Assembly (NCBI GenBank): GCA_905235445.1
Contig: CAJOLJ010000018.1
Span: forward strand, 9,696-73,695
Reading direction: 5' to 3'
DNA length: 64,000 nucleotides
From: an uncultured Bacteroidales bacterium
GTDB taxonomy: Bacteria > Bacteroidota > Bacteroidia > Bacteroidales > UBA932
The position numbers were made by a program, and so were the translations under genes. Below the pieces are notes generated by a model. It searched no databases and had not been told where the DNA came from. It saw only the letters and a list, made by a program, of their open reading frames with translations. Every line of letters starts with the position of its first letter. Position 1 is the first letter of the stretch. Of this stretch, positions 33,191 to 41,927 are shown piece after piece.

Positions 33191-34933
33191 ATGACCCCCG
33201 ACTCTCCCACACCTCTTGAGATACTCTCCCGATACTGGGGCTACGACTCCTTCCGAAGCGGACAGGAGGAGATAATTTCAGATGCCCTCAGCGGCAAGGA
33301 CGTCCTCGCGATCCTTCCCACCGGAGGGGGGAAGTCGATATGTTTCCAAGTACCCGCCATGATGCGGGACGGCATTGCCCTTGTCATCACTCCGCTTATC
33401 GCCCTGATGAAGGACCAGGTCCAGAATCTCTCCGCAAGGGGGATCCGGGCCATAGCAGTGCATGCCGGCATGACCAGGCGGGAAGTCGACACTGCCCTCA
33501 ACAATGCAGCCTACGGGGACTACAAGTTCCTGTACATTTCCCCGGAAAGGCTCAGGACATTCCTCTTCAGGAGTTACCTGCCGGTGCTGGACATAAGTTT
33601 CATCGTGGTTGACGAGGCGCACTGCATTTCCCAGTGGGGCTATGACTTCAGACCGGAGTATCTGGAGATAGGGAAGATAAGGGAGAGCGTGGGAGCACCC
33701 CTCATTGCCCTCACCGCAACCGCCACCCCCCATGTCGCGGGGGATATCATGCACAGGCTCTCTTTCAGGGAGGAGAATGTCGTACGCACAAGTTTCGAGA
33801 GGCCGAATCTGTCCTATGTCGTGAGGAAGGTGTCCGACAAGGATGAAAAGATTTCCCAGCTCCTTTCCATCTGCCGGGGAGTGCCGGGTACGGGGATAGT
33901 ATACGTGCGCAGCAGGAAGGGGACCCGCCAGATAGCCGAGTGCCTCTCTGCAGAGGGCATATCCTCTTCCCATTATCATGCGGGCATAGGCTACGAGGCC
34001 AGGGAACAGAGGCAAAGGGACTGGAAGGAAGGGAAGATAAGGGTGATGGTATGCACCAATGCCTTCGGAATGGGAATCGACAAGCCGGACGTGCGGTTCG
34101 TGGTGCACATGGACCTGCCACCCTCCCTCGAGGAATACTTCCAGGAAGCGGGCAGGGCAGGCAGGGACGGGAAGAGTGCCTATGCGGTGCTGCTGTATTC
34201 CCCCTCCGACAAGGCCTCCCTTACCAGGGGAGGGCAACAGCAATTCCCCTCGCATGATTTCATCGAGGATACCTACCAGAGGCTCCACATGTTCTATACC
34301 ATCCCATATGGGCAGGGAGAGGGCAGGGAACTGCGTTTCGACATGGAGGAGTTCTGCGGCCGCTACAAGGTGGGGGAGGAGATGACGGCCAGCGCCCTTC
34401 GTTTCCTTGCCAGGGAGGGACATATAACCATATCCGAGAAAGTGGACCTTCCTACGAGGGTCAAGATAAAAGTCGACCGTACGGACCTGTATGAAACGGA
34501 CCTTCCGGATAGCCGCATGACGGATATCCTGGAGAACCTCATGCGACGTTACGAGGGCATCTTCTCTTTCGCCGTCCCCATTGACGAGCAGGTCGTCGCC
34601 GGGAGCGTCGGAGTGGATGTCCCCACCCTCCATGAACTGCTCTACCAAATGTCCGTTAACGCTTTCATAAGTTACGTCCCCTCCCAGACATCCGATGTCA
34701 TCCTCCTGCTTCACGACCGGTGGGAGAAGGGGAACGTCAAGCTTGACTGGAGCGCATACGATGCCCTGAAGCTCCTGACGGAGGAACGCAGCGAAGCCGT
34801 GAAGAATTATGCCCAGAGCGGGGAGTGCCGCAGCCTCTATATGATGAAGTATTTCGGACAGGAGGACGGCCGCCCGTGCGGGCGATGCGATATCTGCCGG
34901 GACCTCCAGAAGGCTTCATCCGGGAAGAAATAG
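33191..34933 (+). CDS. RecQ-family ATP-dependent DNA helicase
   Basis: PTGGGKS (motif I), DEAHCISQWGYDFRPEY (DEAH box plus RecQ aromatic loop), ATATATP, and a C-terminal Zn-finger-like CGRCDIC. Confidence 0.9.
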   Translation: MTPDSPTPLEILSRYWGYDSFRSGQEEIISDALSGKDVLAILPTGGGKSICFQVPAMMRDGIALVITPLIALMKDQVQNLSARGIRAIAVHAGMTRREVDTALNNAAYGDYKFLYISPERLRTFLFRSYLPVLDISFIVVDEAHCISQWGYDFRPEYLEIGKIRESVGAPLIALTATATPHVAGDIMHRLSFREENVVRTSFERPNLSYVVRKVSDKDEKISQLLSICRGVPGTGIVYVRSRKGTRQIAECLSAEGISSSHYHAGIGYEAREQRQRDWKEGKIRVMVCTNAFGMGIDKPDVRFVVHMDLPPSLEEYFQEAGRAGRDGKSAYAVLLYSPSDKASLTRGGQQQFPSHDFIEDTYQRLHMFYTIPYGQGEGRELRFDMEEFCGRYKVGEEMTASALRFLAREGHITISEKVDLPTRVKIKVDRTDLYETDLPDSRMTDILENLMRRYEGIFSFAVPIDEQVVAGSVGVDVPTLHELLYQMSVNAFISYVPSQTSDVILLLHDRWEKGNVKLDWSAYDALKLLTEERSEAVKNYAQSGECRSLYMMKYFGQEDGRPCGRCDICRDLQKASSGKK

Positions 34934-35037
34934 ACAAAAAAACGGACCCTTTCCTGTGGAACGGTCATGTCCCTTGGGAAAAGAGTCCGGTAAATGGAAG
35001 AAGCGCCGGGGGGCTTTTCACTCGAACGGTAGCGGGA

Positions 35038-35277
35038 TTATTCCTCGAGCATAGTGGTGTCCCCGATTTCCACGTCGATCAGTTTGCCCTTTGCGTTAAT
35101 GATTTTTTCCTTCCTGCCAAGCTGCAGGAGGAACTTGTCGAATTCCCGGGAAATCATGTAGCCATTCACGATGAGCCTGTTCATGATCTCCCTGCCAAGA
35201 GGTGAAATCGACAGTGTCACGTTCACCTTCTTGTCCTCGGGACGCATTCTCTTGCGTCCAACCTTAAGTCCTGCCAT
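35038..35277 (-). CDS. Small hypothetical protein (possible ribbon-helix-helix DNA binder)
   Basis: 79-aa ORF with a basic N-terminus, then a beta-strand-like VNVTLSIS and a helix-like PLGREIMNRL. A -7 box lies ~110 nt upstream. Function is a guess. Confidence 0.4.
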   Translation of the reverse strand: MAGLKVGRKRMRPEDKKVNVTLSISPLGREIMNRLIVNGYMISREFDKFLLQLGRKEKIINAKGKLIDVEIGDTTMLEE

Positions 35278-35387
35278 CTCTCAGAGCGTCTAAAATACTA
35301 TGTTAAACTATTATCCTTCCGCAATGCGGTCTCTGTTGGCCTCGTCAGTGGCCCGTCCACTACCTCTCGTGCATTTCGGTTATGCTA

Positions 35388-35395
35388 CAAAGATA
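35388..35395 (-). promoter_or_regulatory. -7 promoter box (TATCTTTG on minus strand)
   Basis: TAnnTTTG match. It implies a ~100-nt leader before the ATG at 35277. Confidence 0.4.
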
Positions 35396-36041
35396 GCATT
35401 TAATTCTGAATTGCAACTATTTTCCAAGAGAAAATTAATTATTTACTGCCATAAAGAATGAAATAATCCTTTTTTTGATACTTTCGTTCGTTTTGATAAT
35501 AATTGCTTAAACGTAAAACCCGCTCACGTCGCTTCTGCTTTAAATCGTTTATAACAGCGTGGAGCCCCTAAATTTTCAAAACTGCGTAAAACTACCCAAT
35601 GTCGCAGAAATTATTCAAATCTTCCATTTCATACATATTTTAATTAAAACCGAAACATTCCTTAAAACCGAAATCAACTTGTCAAAACAATGCATATATG
35701 AACATTAATGGATTTATTGTCGGTAATTTTTCCCTCCAGTCCTTCCTGATCAAATGTTCCAATCATTGTTGTCGGTTGTTCCCCTTTCCCCCGGGCCCTA
35801 GTAGGGCCCCCTCATATAACGCAAAGTATTCTTTTCTTTACGTTTTTTGCGAAAACCGTCTACGTGTATGACAACTTTCCCTTAAATATTCTCGCATTTC
35901 ATTGAAAAATATAGATGTGCGGTGTGTTTTGTAATGTGGTAATGTGTACGAACACGCAATTAAAATGATACTATTTTGTCTAATATTTGACCTTTCTTGT
36001 CATAATTGCATAGGTTATGAACATAGGACGGATTATTTTCC

Positions 36042-36049
36042 TAAATTTG
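36042..36049 (+). promoter_or_regulatory. -7 promoter box (TAAATTTG), likely pectin-locus promoter
   Basis: TAnnTTTG match 60 nt upstream of the ATG at 36109. It lies inside the longer ORF that starts at 35944, arguing against that start. Confidence 0.5.
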
Positions 36050-36108
36050 TAAACCACATCCCCCGAAGGAGGTATGGGAACCGTAATATTGACCGAATCG
36101 CCACATTG

Positions 36109-37605
36109 ATGAAAAACAAAGCTTTCCTTCTTCCCGCTCTGTCCATTTTCCTGATGGTCACGCCCTTTTCCGGGTGCAACCCCACCGTAGGCAGCGAGAA
36201 AGAGAAGATTGCAGCCCTTTACGAGAATCTTCCTTTCGATATGCCCCTTGTCGAGGAACCTACAATTCCGGACCTGAGGGTTTCGATAACGGACTTCGGG
36301 GGTGTAGGTGACGGGACCCTTCTGAATACCGAGGCTTTCAGGAAGGCCATCGAGCATCTTTCCTCGAAGGGAGGAGGCCATCTTGTGGTCCCCGCGGGAG
36401 TGTGGAAGAGCGGTCCCATCACGCTTCGCAGCGGAGTGGACCTCCACCTGGAGAAAAACGCCATTCTCATCTTCAGTCCCGACGAGAACCTCTATCCCAT
36501 CATCCCCACGAACTTCGAGGGCCTCGATGTCAACAGGTGTCTTTCCCCCATAAATGCCACCGCCCAGAAGAATATCTCCATTACCGGGGAGGGCATCATC
36601 GACGGTAACGGCGACGCCTGGAGGGAAGTAAAGAAAAGGAAAGTCTCCCCGGACCAGTGGAAGGAAGTCCTCGGGAGGGGAGGGGTGCTTTCTGAGAAAG
36701 GGGACACCTGGTTCCCCAATGAAGGCTACGGTGCCGCCAGGGCGACTGCCGGGTCCCTCAACTTCCCCGATCCCTCTCTCGACGAGCAGTACATAAAGAC
36801 TTTCCTGCGTCCCGTGATGGTGTCCCTCAGGCAGTGCGAGAACGTGCTCCTTGAAGGCTGCACCTTCCAGAACAGCCCCTGCTGGAACATCCACCCCCTC
36901 TACTGCAGGAACATGATCGTGCGCAACATAAATGTCCGCAACCCTTATTATTCAGCCAACGGCGACGGAATCGACATCGATGCATGCGAGAACGTGCTTC
37001 TGTATGACAGCACCTTCGACGTGGGTGACGATGCCATCTGCATCAAGTCAGGCAAGGATGCGGACGGCAGAAGGCATGGCGTAGCCTGTAGGAACCTCAT
37101 CATTTCCGGGTGCACCGTATATCACGGCCATGGCGGATTTGTAATCGGCAGCGAGATGAGCGGAGGGGTGAACAACATCAAAGTCTCCGACTGCTCCTTC
37201 ATAGGAACCGACGTGGGACTTCGTTTCAAAAGCACCAGGGGACGGGGAGGCCTTGTCCAGGACATCTGGTGCGAGAGGATCTACATGAAGGATATCGTCA
37301 CCGATGCGGTGATATTCAACCTGTACTATGCGGGGGTCGCGGCAACGGAGATGTCAGGGGCCAACGGTAAGGAGGACCTCCTGCCCGTGGATGAGACCAC
37401 CCCCGAGTTCCGCAATTTCCATTTCAAGGACCTCGTCTGCGACGGGGCGCGTGAAGCCATCTACATCAACGGCCTTCCCGAGTTGCCCCTCAGGAACCTC
37501 ACCTTCACCGACTGCACCTTTACGGCCTCCAAGGACGGGGTCACCGTGCTTCGTGCGGAGGAAGTGAAATTCGATGAAGTCACAGTCAACAACAACCCCC
37601 TTTAA
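36109..37605 (+). CDS. GH28 polygalacturonase, lipoprotein
   Basis: MKNKAFLLPALSIFLMVTPFSGC (signal plus lipobox). GH28 catalytic blocks NGDGIDID, GDDAICIKSG, GHGGFVIGSE and RFKSTRGRGG. Confidence 0.9.
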   Translation: MKNKAFLLPALSIFLMVTPFSGCNPTVGSEKEKIAALYENLPFDMPLVEEPTIPDLRVSITDFGGVGDGTLLNTEAFRKAIEHLSSKGGGHLVVPAGVWKSGPITLRSGVDLHLEKNAILIFSPDENLYPIIPTNFEGLDVNRCLSPINATAQKNISITGEGIIDGNGDAWREVKKRKVSPDQWKEVLGRGGVLSEKGDTWFPNEGYGAARATAGSLNFPDPSLDEQYIKTFLRPVMVSLRQCENVLLEGCTFQNSPCWNIHPLYCRNMIVRNINVRNPYYSANGDGIDIDACENVLLYDSTFDVGDDAICIKSGKDADGRRHGVACRNLIISGCTVYHGHGGFVIGSEMSGGVNNIKVSDCSFIGTDVGLRFKSTRGRGGLVQDIWCERIYMKDIVTDAVIFNLYYAGVAATEMSGANGKEDLLPVDETTPEFRNFHFKDLVCDGAREAIYINGLPELPLRNLTFTDCTFTASKDGVTVLRAEEVKFDEVTVNNNPL

Positions 37606-37642
37606 CCCATCCCGCCCAATACTTCCAACCAACAATTATTCC

Positions 37643-38680
37643 ATGAAGCGGACACTATCAGTACTGTGCCTTCTGTGCCTGGCTCTCCTGCCCCTCCGGG
37701 CGGAGGAGTCCCGGCATGAAATAAGCGCTGATATTGTCGTGGCCAAGGACGGGAGCGGGGATTTCCGGACGGTGAGCGAGGCAATCGATGCAGTGCCCGA
37801 CTACGAGCATGGCAAGATAACCACCATTTTCATCCGGGAGGGCGTCTACAATGAAAAAGTGACCATCCCCAACAACAAGTACCGCCTCCATCTCCTCGGG
37901 GAGAATGCCCTTCGCACCGTCATAACCTACGGCAAGTATGCCGAGGGCAAGTGGCCGGTGGGCGGGACCAGGATAGGCACATCCGGATCCGCCACCATGT
38001 ACATCCACGCCTATTATGTCACGATAGAGAACCTGACCATCGAGAACAGCGCCGGCGAGGGCCCCGAGATCGGCCAGGCCGTGGCCGTATTCACAAACGG
38101 TGACTTCATCTTCTTCAAGGGCTGCCGCCTCCTCGGAAACCAGGACACCCTGTACACCTACGGCTCCGTCGGGAGGAAGGGAAACATTGTAAGAAACTAT
38201 TATCTTGACTGTTACATAGAGGGGACAACGGATTTCATATTCGGTTCCTCGGTATGTTACTTCGAGAACTGCGAGATACGTTCAAAAAAAGACTCTTTCG
38301 TAACTGCCGCCTCCACCCCGGAGGGGTCCAGGTACGGTTACGTCTTCCACAGGTGCCGCTTCACCGCTGACCCGGGAGTGAAGAACTGCTACCTGGGGCG
38401 TCCCTGGGGAGCCTACGCCAAGACCGTCATCCTGGAGTGCGAACTTGGAAGCCACATCCTTCCCGAGGGCTGGCATGACTGGGAGAAGGAAGGGAAGCCC
38501 CTTACCAAGAAAAACGCCTACTACGCCGAGTACCGGAACTTCGGTCCCGGGGCCTGCGCCTCGGGGAGAGTTGATTGGTCCTTCCAGCTGAACCCTTACC
38601 AGGCCGAGGACTACACTTTCGGGAAAGTGATGTCCACCCCCTTGGACGAGCATCCCTGGGATCCCTTCGACAACAAGTAA
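37643..38680 (+). CDS. CE8 pectin methylesterase
   Basis: Signal peptide MKRTLSVLCLLCLALLPLRA. CE8 motifs GQAVAV, LLGNQDTLY, GTTDFIFG and YLGRPW. Confidence 0.9.
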   Translation: MKRTLSVLCLLCLALLPLRAEESRHEISADIVVAKDGSGDFRTVSEAIDAVPDYEHGKITTIFIREGVYNEKVTIPNNKYRLHLLGENALRTVITYGKYAEGKWPVGGTRIGTSGSATMYIHAYYVTIENLTIENSAGEGPEIGQAVAVFTNGDFIFFKGCRLLGNQDTLYTYGSVGRKGNIVRNYYLDCYIEGTTDFIFGSSVCYFENCEIRSKKDSFVTAASTPEGSRYGYVFHRCRFTADPGVKNCYLGRPWGAYAKTVILECELGSHILPEGWHDWEKEGKPLTKKNAYYAEYRNFGPGACASGRVDWSFQLNPYQAEDYTFGKVMSTPLDEHPWDPFDNK

Positions 38681-38703
38681 GCACTAGCCTAGAAAATCCG
38701 ACA

Positions 38704-39936
38704 ATGAAACGTACATTCAAATACCTGATACTCACCTCATCCGCCCTCATTCTCATGGTGGCCGCCCTCTCTTCCTGCAACGGGACGAAAGGCACGAAGG
38801 ATACCGCCAATCTCCTGAGCGTGAAGACGGTTCGTAGCGAGATGTCCCGCTGCCCTGACGGAAGCTACCTGGACGGGATGAACGGAACCCTTAAGTGGAA
38901 CTACACGACGGGACTCGAGCTCCTTTCCTTCCTTGACGTGTACCGTACCTACGGAGGGGACGATATCCTCAGGTACGTGGACGGGTGGTACGACCGCATG
39001 ATAGATGAAAAGGGAACCATATATAAGTACAAGGTAAGCAACTATTCCACCGACCACATCTGCCCGGGCCGCACGCTTTTCGACCTGTACGACATTACGG
39101 GCAAGGAAAAGTACCGCTGTGCCATGGATACCCTCTGGAAGCAGATCCAGGGGCAGCCCAGGACCCCGGAAGGAGGATTCTGGCACAAGCAGGTCTATGA
39201 GAACCAGATGTGGCTGGACGGCCTTTACATGGCACAGCCATTCTACGCCATCTATGTGTCAAGGTACATCCCCGAAAAGGACAGGCTCCCGTATTACAAT
39301 GACATCATCAGTCACTTCAGGATAGTGGCAGACCATACATTCGACCCCTCCACGGGACTTTACCGCCATGCTTGGGACTCTTCCCACAAAATGTTCTGGG
39401 CGGACCCTGTGACCGGACAGTCCCTCCATGCATGGGGACGTGCCCTCGGATGGTACAGCATGGCCCTTGTCGATGTCCTTGAAGTCATTCCCCAGGACGT
39501 GGAGGCCAGGAAGGAACTTCTTGACATCCTCGGCCAGATATTCATCGTGGCCCTCCCCAAAGTGGCCGATCCCGCCACGGGGCTGTGGTACCAGGTACTT
39601 GACCGTCCCGGCGGGGAGGGCAACTACCTCGAGGCCACCTGCTGCGCCATGTTCTCCTACTCTCTTCTCAAGGCTGTGCGCCTCGGATATCTTCCCTCCG
39701 ACATGAAGGACTATGCCCTCAGGACTTATGACGCTTTCCAGAAGGAGTTTGTCGCGGAGGACGAAAACGGGGAAATCGAGCTTCGCAGATGCTGCGAAGT
39801 CGCAGGGCTCGGGGGCAAGGACAACAGGAGCGGTGACTATGCCTATTATATAGGTGAGAAGGTCCGTTCCAACGACCCCAAGGGCATAGGACCCCTCATC
39901 TGGGCGGCCCTTGAAAAGGAAAGGCAGGAAAAATGA
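38704..39936 (+). CDS. GH105 unsaturated rhamnogalacturonyl/galacturonyl hydrolase (YteR-like), lipoprotein
   Basis: MKRTFKYLILTSSALILMVAALSSC lipobox. WHKQVYENQMWLDGLYMAQPFY and HAWGRALGWY are typical GH105 blocks. Confidence 0.85.
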   Translation: MKRTFKYLILTSSALILMVAALSSCNGTKGTKDTANLLSVKTVRSEMSRCPDGSYLDGMNGTLKWNYTTGLELLSFLDVYRTYGGDDILRYVDGWYDRMIDEKGTIYKYKVSNYSTDHICPGRTLFDLYDITGKEKYRCAMDTLWKQIQGQPRTPEGGFWHKQVYENQMWLDGLYMAQPFYAIYVSRYIPEKDRLPYYNDIISHFRIVADHTFDPSTGLYRHAWDSSHKMFWADPVTGQSLHAWGRALGWYSMALVDVLEVIPQDVEARKELLDILGQIFIVALPKVADPATGLWYQVLDRPGGEGNYLEATCCAMFSYSLLKAVRLGYLPSDMKDYALRTYDAFQKEFVAEDENGEIELRRCCEVAGLGGKDNRSGDYAYYIGEKVRSNDPKGIGPLIWAALEKERQEK

Positions 39937-39978
39937 CACCAACTGAACAATCAGGTAAATAATAAAGCAAAACGCAGG

Positions 39979-41868
39979 ATGCATCACCTCCCACTATCTT
40001 CAACGAACTTATTCAAATACACCACCTCGGCCATCCTCTTCCTTTGCCTCGGCCTTCTCCCCTGGAGCTGCGGCAACCCCGAAGACGGGAAGGAGGACCA
40101 GCCCACGACCCCGGAAGTACCCGCTTCCGTGGCCGTGCACGGGAACGTTGAGGAAACCGCTGCCACTTTCCAGTGGGAGGCGGTCGCGGGAGCCACCGGG
40201 TATGACTGGAAGGTGGCGCTGGACGGAGGTGGCGAAGTCGCCAGCGGCTCTGTCACGCAGAGGAATGTCCGTGTCACAGGCCTCAACAAGGCCACGGCCT
40301 ACACCTTCTCTGTCAGGGCCCTGTGCGGTACCCTTTCATCCTCCTGGTCCACTCCTGTCAAGTTCACTACCGCAGGGAGCGGTGGCGAGGATCCCGGCGA
40401 GGATCCCGGAAACACCCCCTCGACACAGAGCCCCGACTACTATTATTCGGAGTACGGCATCCCAGCTTGGGATGAGGACGGAGTGGTGAGGGCATTCCCC
40501 GGAGCGGAGGGCTGTGGCTCTCTTGTTACCGGAGGAAGAGGCGGGGCTGTTTACCATGTAACCAACCTAAATGACAGCGGCGAAGGGTCCCTTCGCTGGG
40601 CTGTGGGGCAGAGCGGGGCCCGGACCGTGGTGTTCGACGTCGCTGGAAGGATTCAGCTCAGGAGCATGATCAAGATAACCAATGGTGACCTCACCATTGC
40701 CGGGCAGACTGCCCCGGGCGGGGGTATCTGCATTTCCGACTACACGGTCGAGAACCAGGCTGACAATGTCATCATCCGCTTCGTGCGCTTCCGTCTCGGG
40801 GACAATGTCGAGGGACAGGAAGACTGCATCTGGGGCCGTAACCGCAAGGACATTATCCTGGACCACTGCTCCATGAGCTGGAGCATGGACGAGTGCGCCT
40901 CCTTCTACGACAACGACAACTTCACGATGCAGTGGTGCATCCTCTCCGAGAGCCTGGCGAACTCCAAGCACCCCAAGGGGGCGCACGGGTACGGCGGCAT
41001 CTGGGGAGGCCACGGGGCATCCTTCCACCATAACCTCCTCGCCCACCACACCTCCAGGACTCCACGCCTTTGCGGGAGCCGCTACACGGGAAAGCCGGAG
41101 AATGAGAAAGTGGACCTCTATAACAACGTCTTCTACAACTGGGGTCCCACCAACGGCGGTTACGCAGGGGAGGGAGGAAGCTTCAATTTCCGTGGCAACT
41201 ACTATAAGCCCGGTCCTTCCACCATCACGAAGCCCGTCCTGGTGAACCGCATATTCGAGCCCTACGCCGATGACGGTTCCAACACCAACGCCAAGGGCGT
41301 CTGGGGCAAGTTCTACGTCGAGGGGAACTATTTCGACCCTTCCGTGGTGACTTCCGATGCCCAGAAGACCTCCATCGAGAACGTGAACAAGGACAACTGG
41401 ACAGGAATCCATCCCCATGAGGAAGTGGACGTCGCGACAATAAAGTCCACTGCCGCTTTCAGCGTATCCTCCACCGTGGCCCTTCCCCTCGCCCAGACCC
41501 CGGAAGATGCTTTCGGCAAGGTCCTCGAGGTGGCCGGGGCCTCCATGGCCAGGGACGAGGTCGATGCCAGAATCGTGAAGGAGACCAGGGAAGGCATTTT
41601 CACCTACAGCGGCAGCAAGGGGTCCAAGTACGGCATAATAGACTCCCAGGAGGACGCAGGCGGGTGGCCCGCCTACACATCCGATACCACCGTCAAGGAT
41701 ACCGACGGTGACGGCATCCCCGATTCCTTCGAGGACAAGTACGGCCTCGACAAGATGGACCCCTCCGACGGCAAGGCCTATACCATTGACAAGACCGCCA
41801 AGCGCTACACCAACCTGGAAATGTATCTTCACTACCTCGTAAAGGACGTCGTAGCGAAGCAGAAATAA
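39979..41868 (+). CDS. PL1 pectate lyase with N-terminal FN3-like domain, lipoprotein
   Basis: Lipobox LLPWSC. FN3-like segment (ATFQWEAVAGATGYDWKV…AYTFSVRA). Pectate-lyase beta-helix blocks (LTIAGQTAPGGGI, VIIRFVRFRLGD, DHCSMSWSMDE, HGYGGIWGG). C-terminal Ca-binding-like DTDGDGIPD. Confidence 0.85.
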   Translation: MHHLPLSSTNLFKYTTSAILFLCLGLLPWSCGNPEDGKEDQPTTPEVPASVAVHGNVEETAATFQWEAVAGATGYDWKVALDGGGEVASGSVTQRNVRVTGLNKATAYTFSVRALCGTLSSSWSTPVKFTTAGSGGEDPGEDPGNTPSTQSPDYYYSEYGIPAWDEDGVVRAFPGAEGCGSLVTGGRGGAVYHVTNLNDSGEGSLRWAVGQSGARTVVFDVAGRIQLRSMIKITNGDLTIAGQTAPGGGICISDYTVENQADNVIIRFVRFRLGDNVEGQEDCIWGRNRKDIILDHCSMSWSMDECASFYDNDNFTMQWCILSESLANSKHPKGAHGYGGIWGGHGASFHHNLLAHHTSRTPRLCGSRYTGKPENEKVDLYNNVFYNWGPTNGGYAGEGGSFNFRGNYYKPGPSTITKPVLVNRIFEPYADDGSNTNAKGVWGKFYVEGNYFDPSVVTSDAQKTSIENVNKDNWTGIHPHEEVDVATIKSTAAFSVSSTVALPLAQTPEDAFGKVLEVAGASMARDEVDARIVKETREGIFTYSGSKGSKYGIIDSQEDAGGWPAYTSDTTVKDTDGDGIPDSFEDKYGLDKMDPSDGKAYTIDKTAKRYTNLEMYLHYLVKDVVAKQK

Positions 41869-41927
41869 TCCCGACAAAAATCAAAGTATCATAATACCAA
41901 CATCAACAACCAAAAAACCAATTCCTT

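Noticed and set aside
33278-34714. 478-aa minus-strand ORF opposite the RecQ-family gene
   Set aside because: Antisense shadow ORF. The plus-strand frame carries all RecQ helicase motifs and the minus-strand translation has none.
35282-35380. Hammerhead-ribozyme-like CUGACGAG core in the minus-strand leader of the 79-aa gene (GGCCACUGACGAGGCC)
   Set aside because: The obligatory GAAA element after a stem II hairpin and a plausible stem I/III plus cleavage site are not present in the right arrangement. It is most likely a chance match to an 8-mer.
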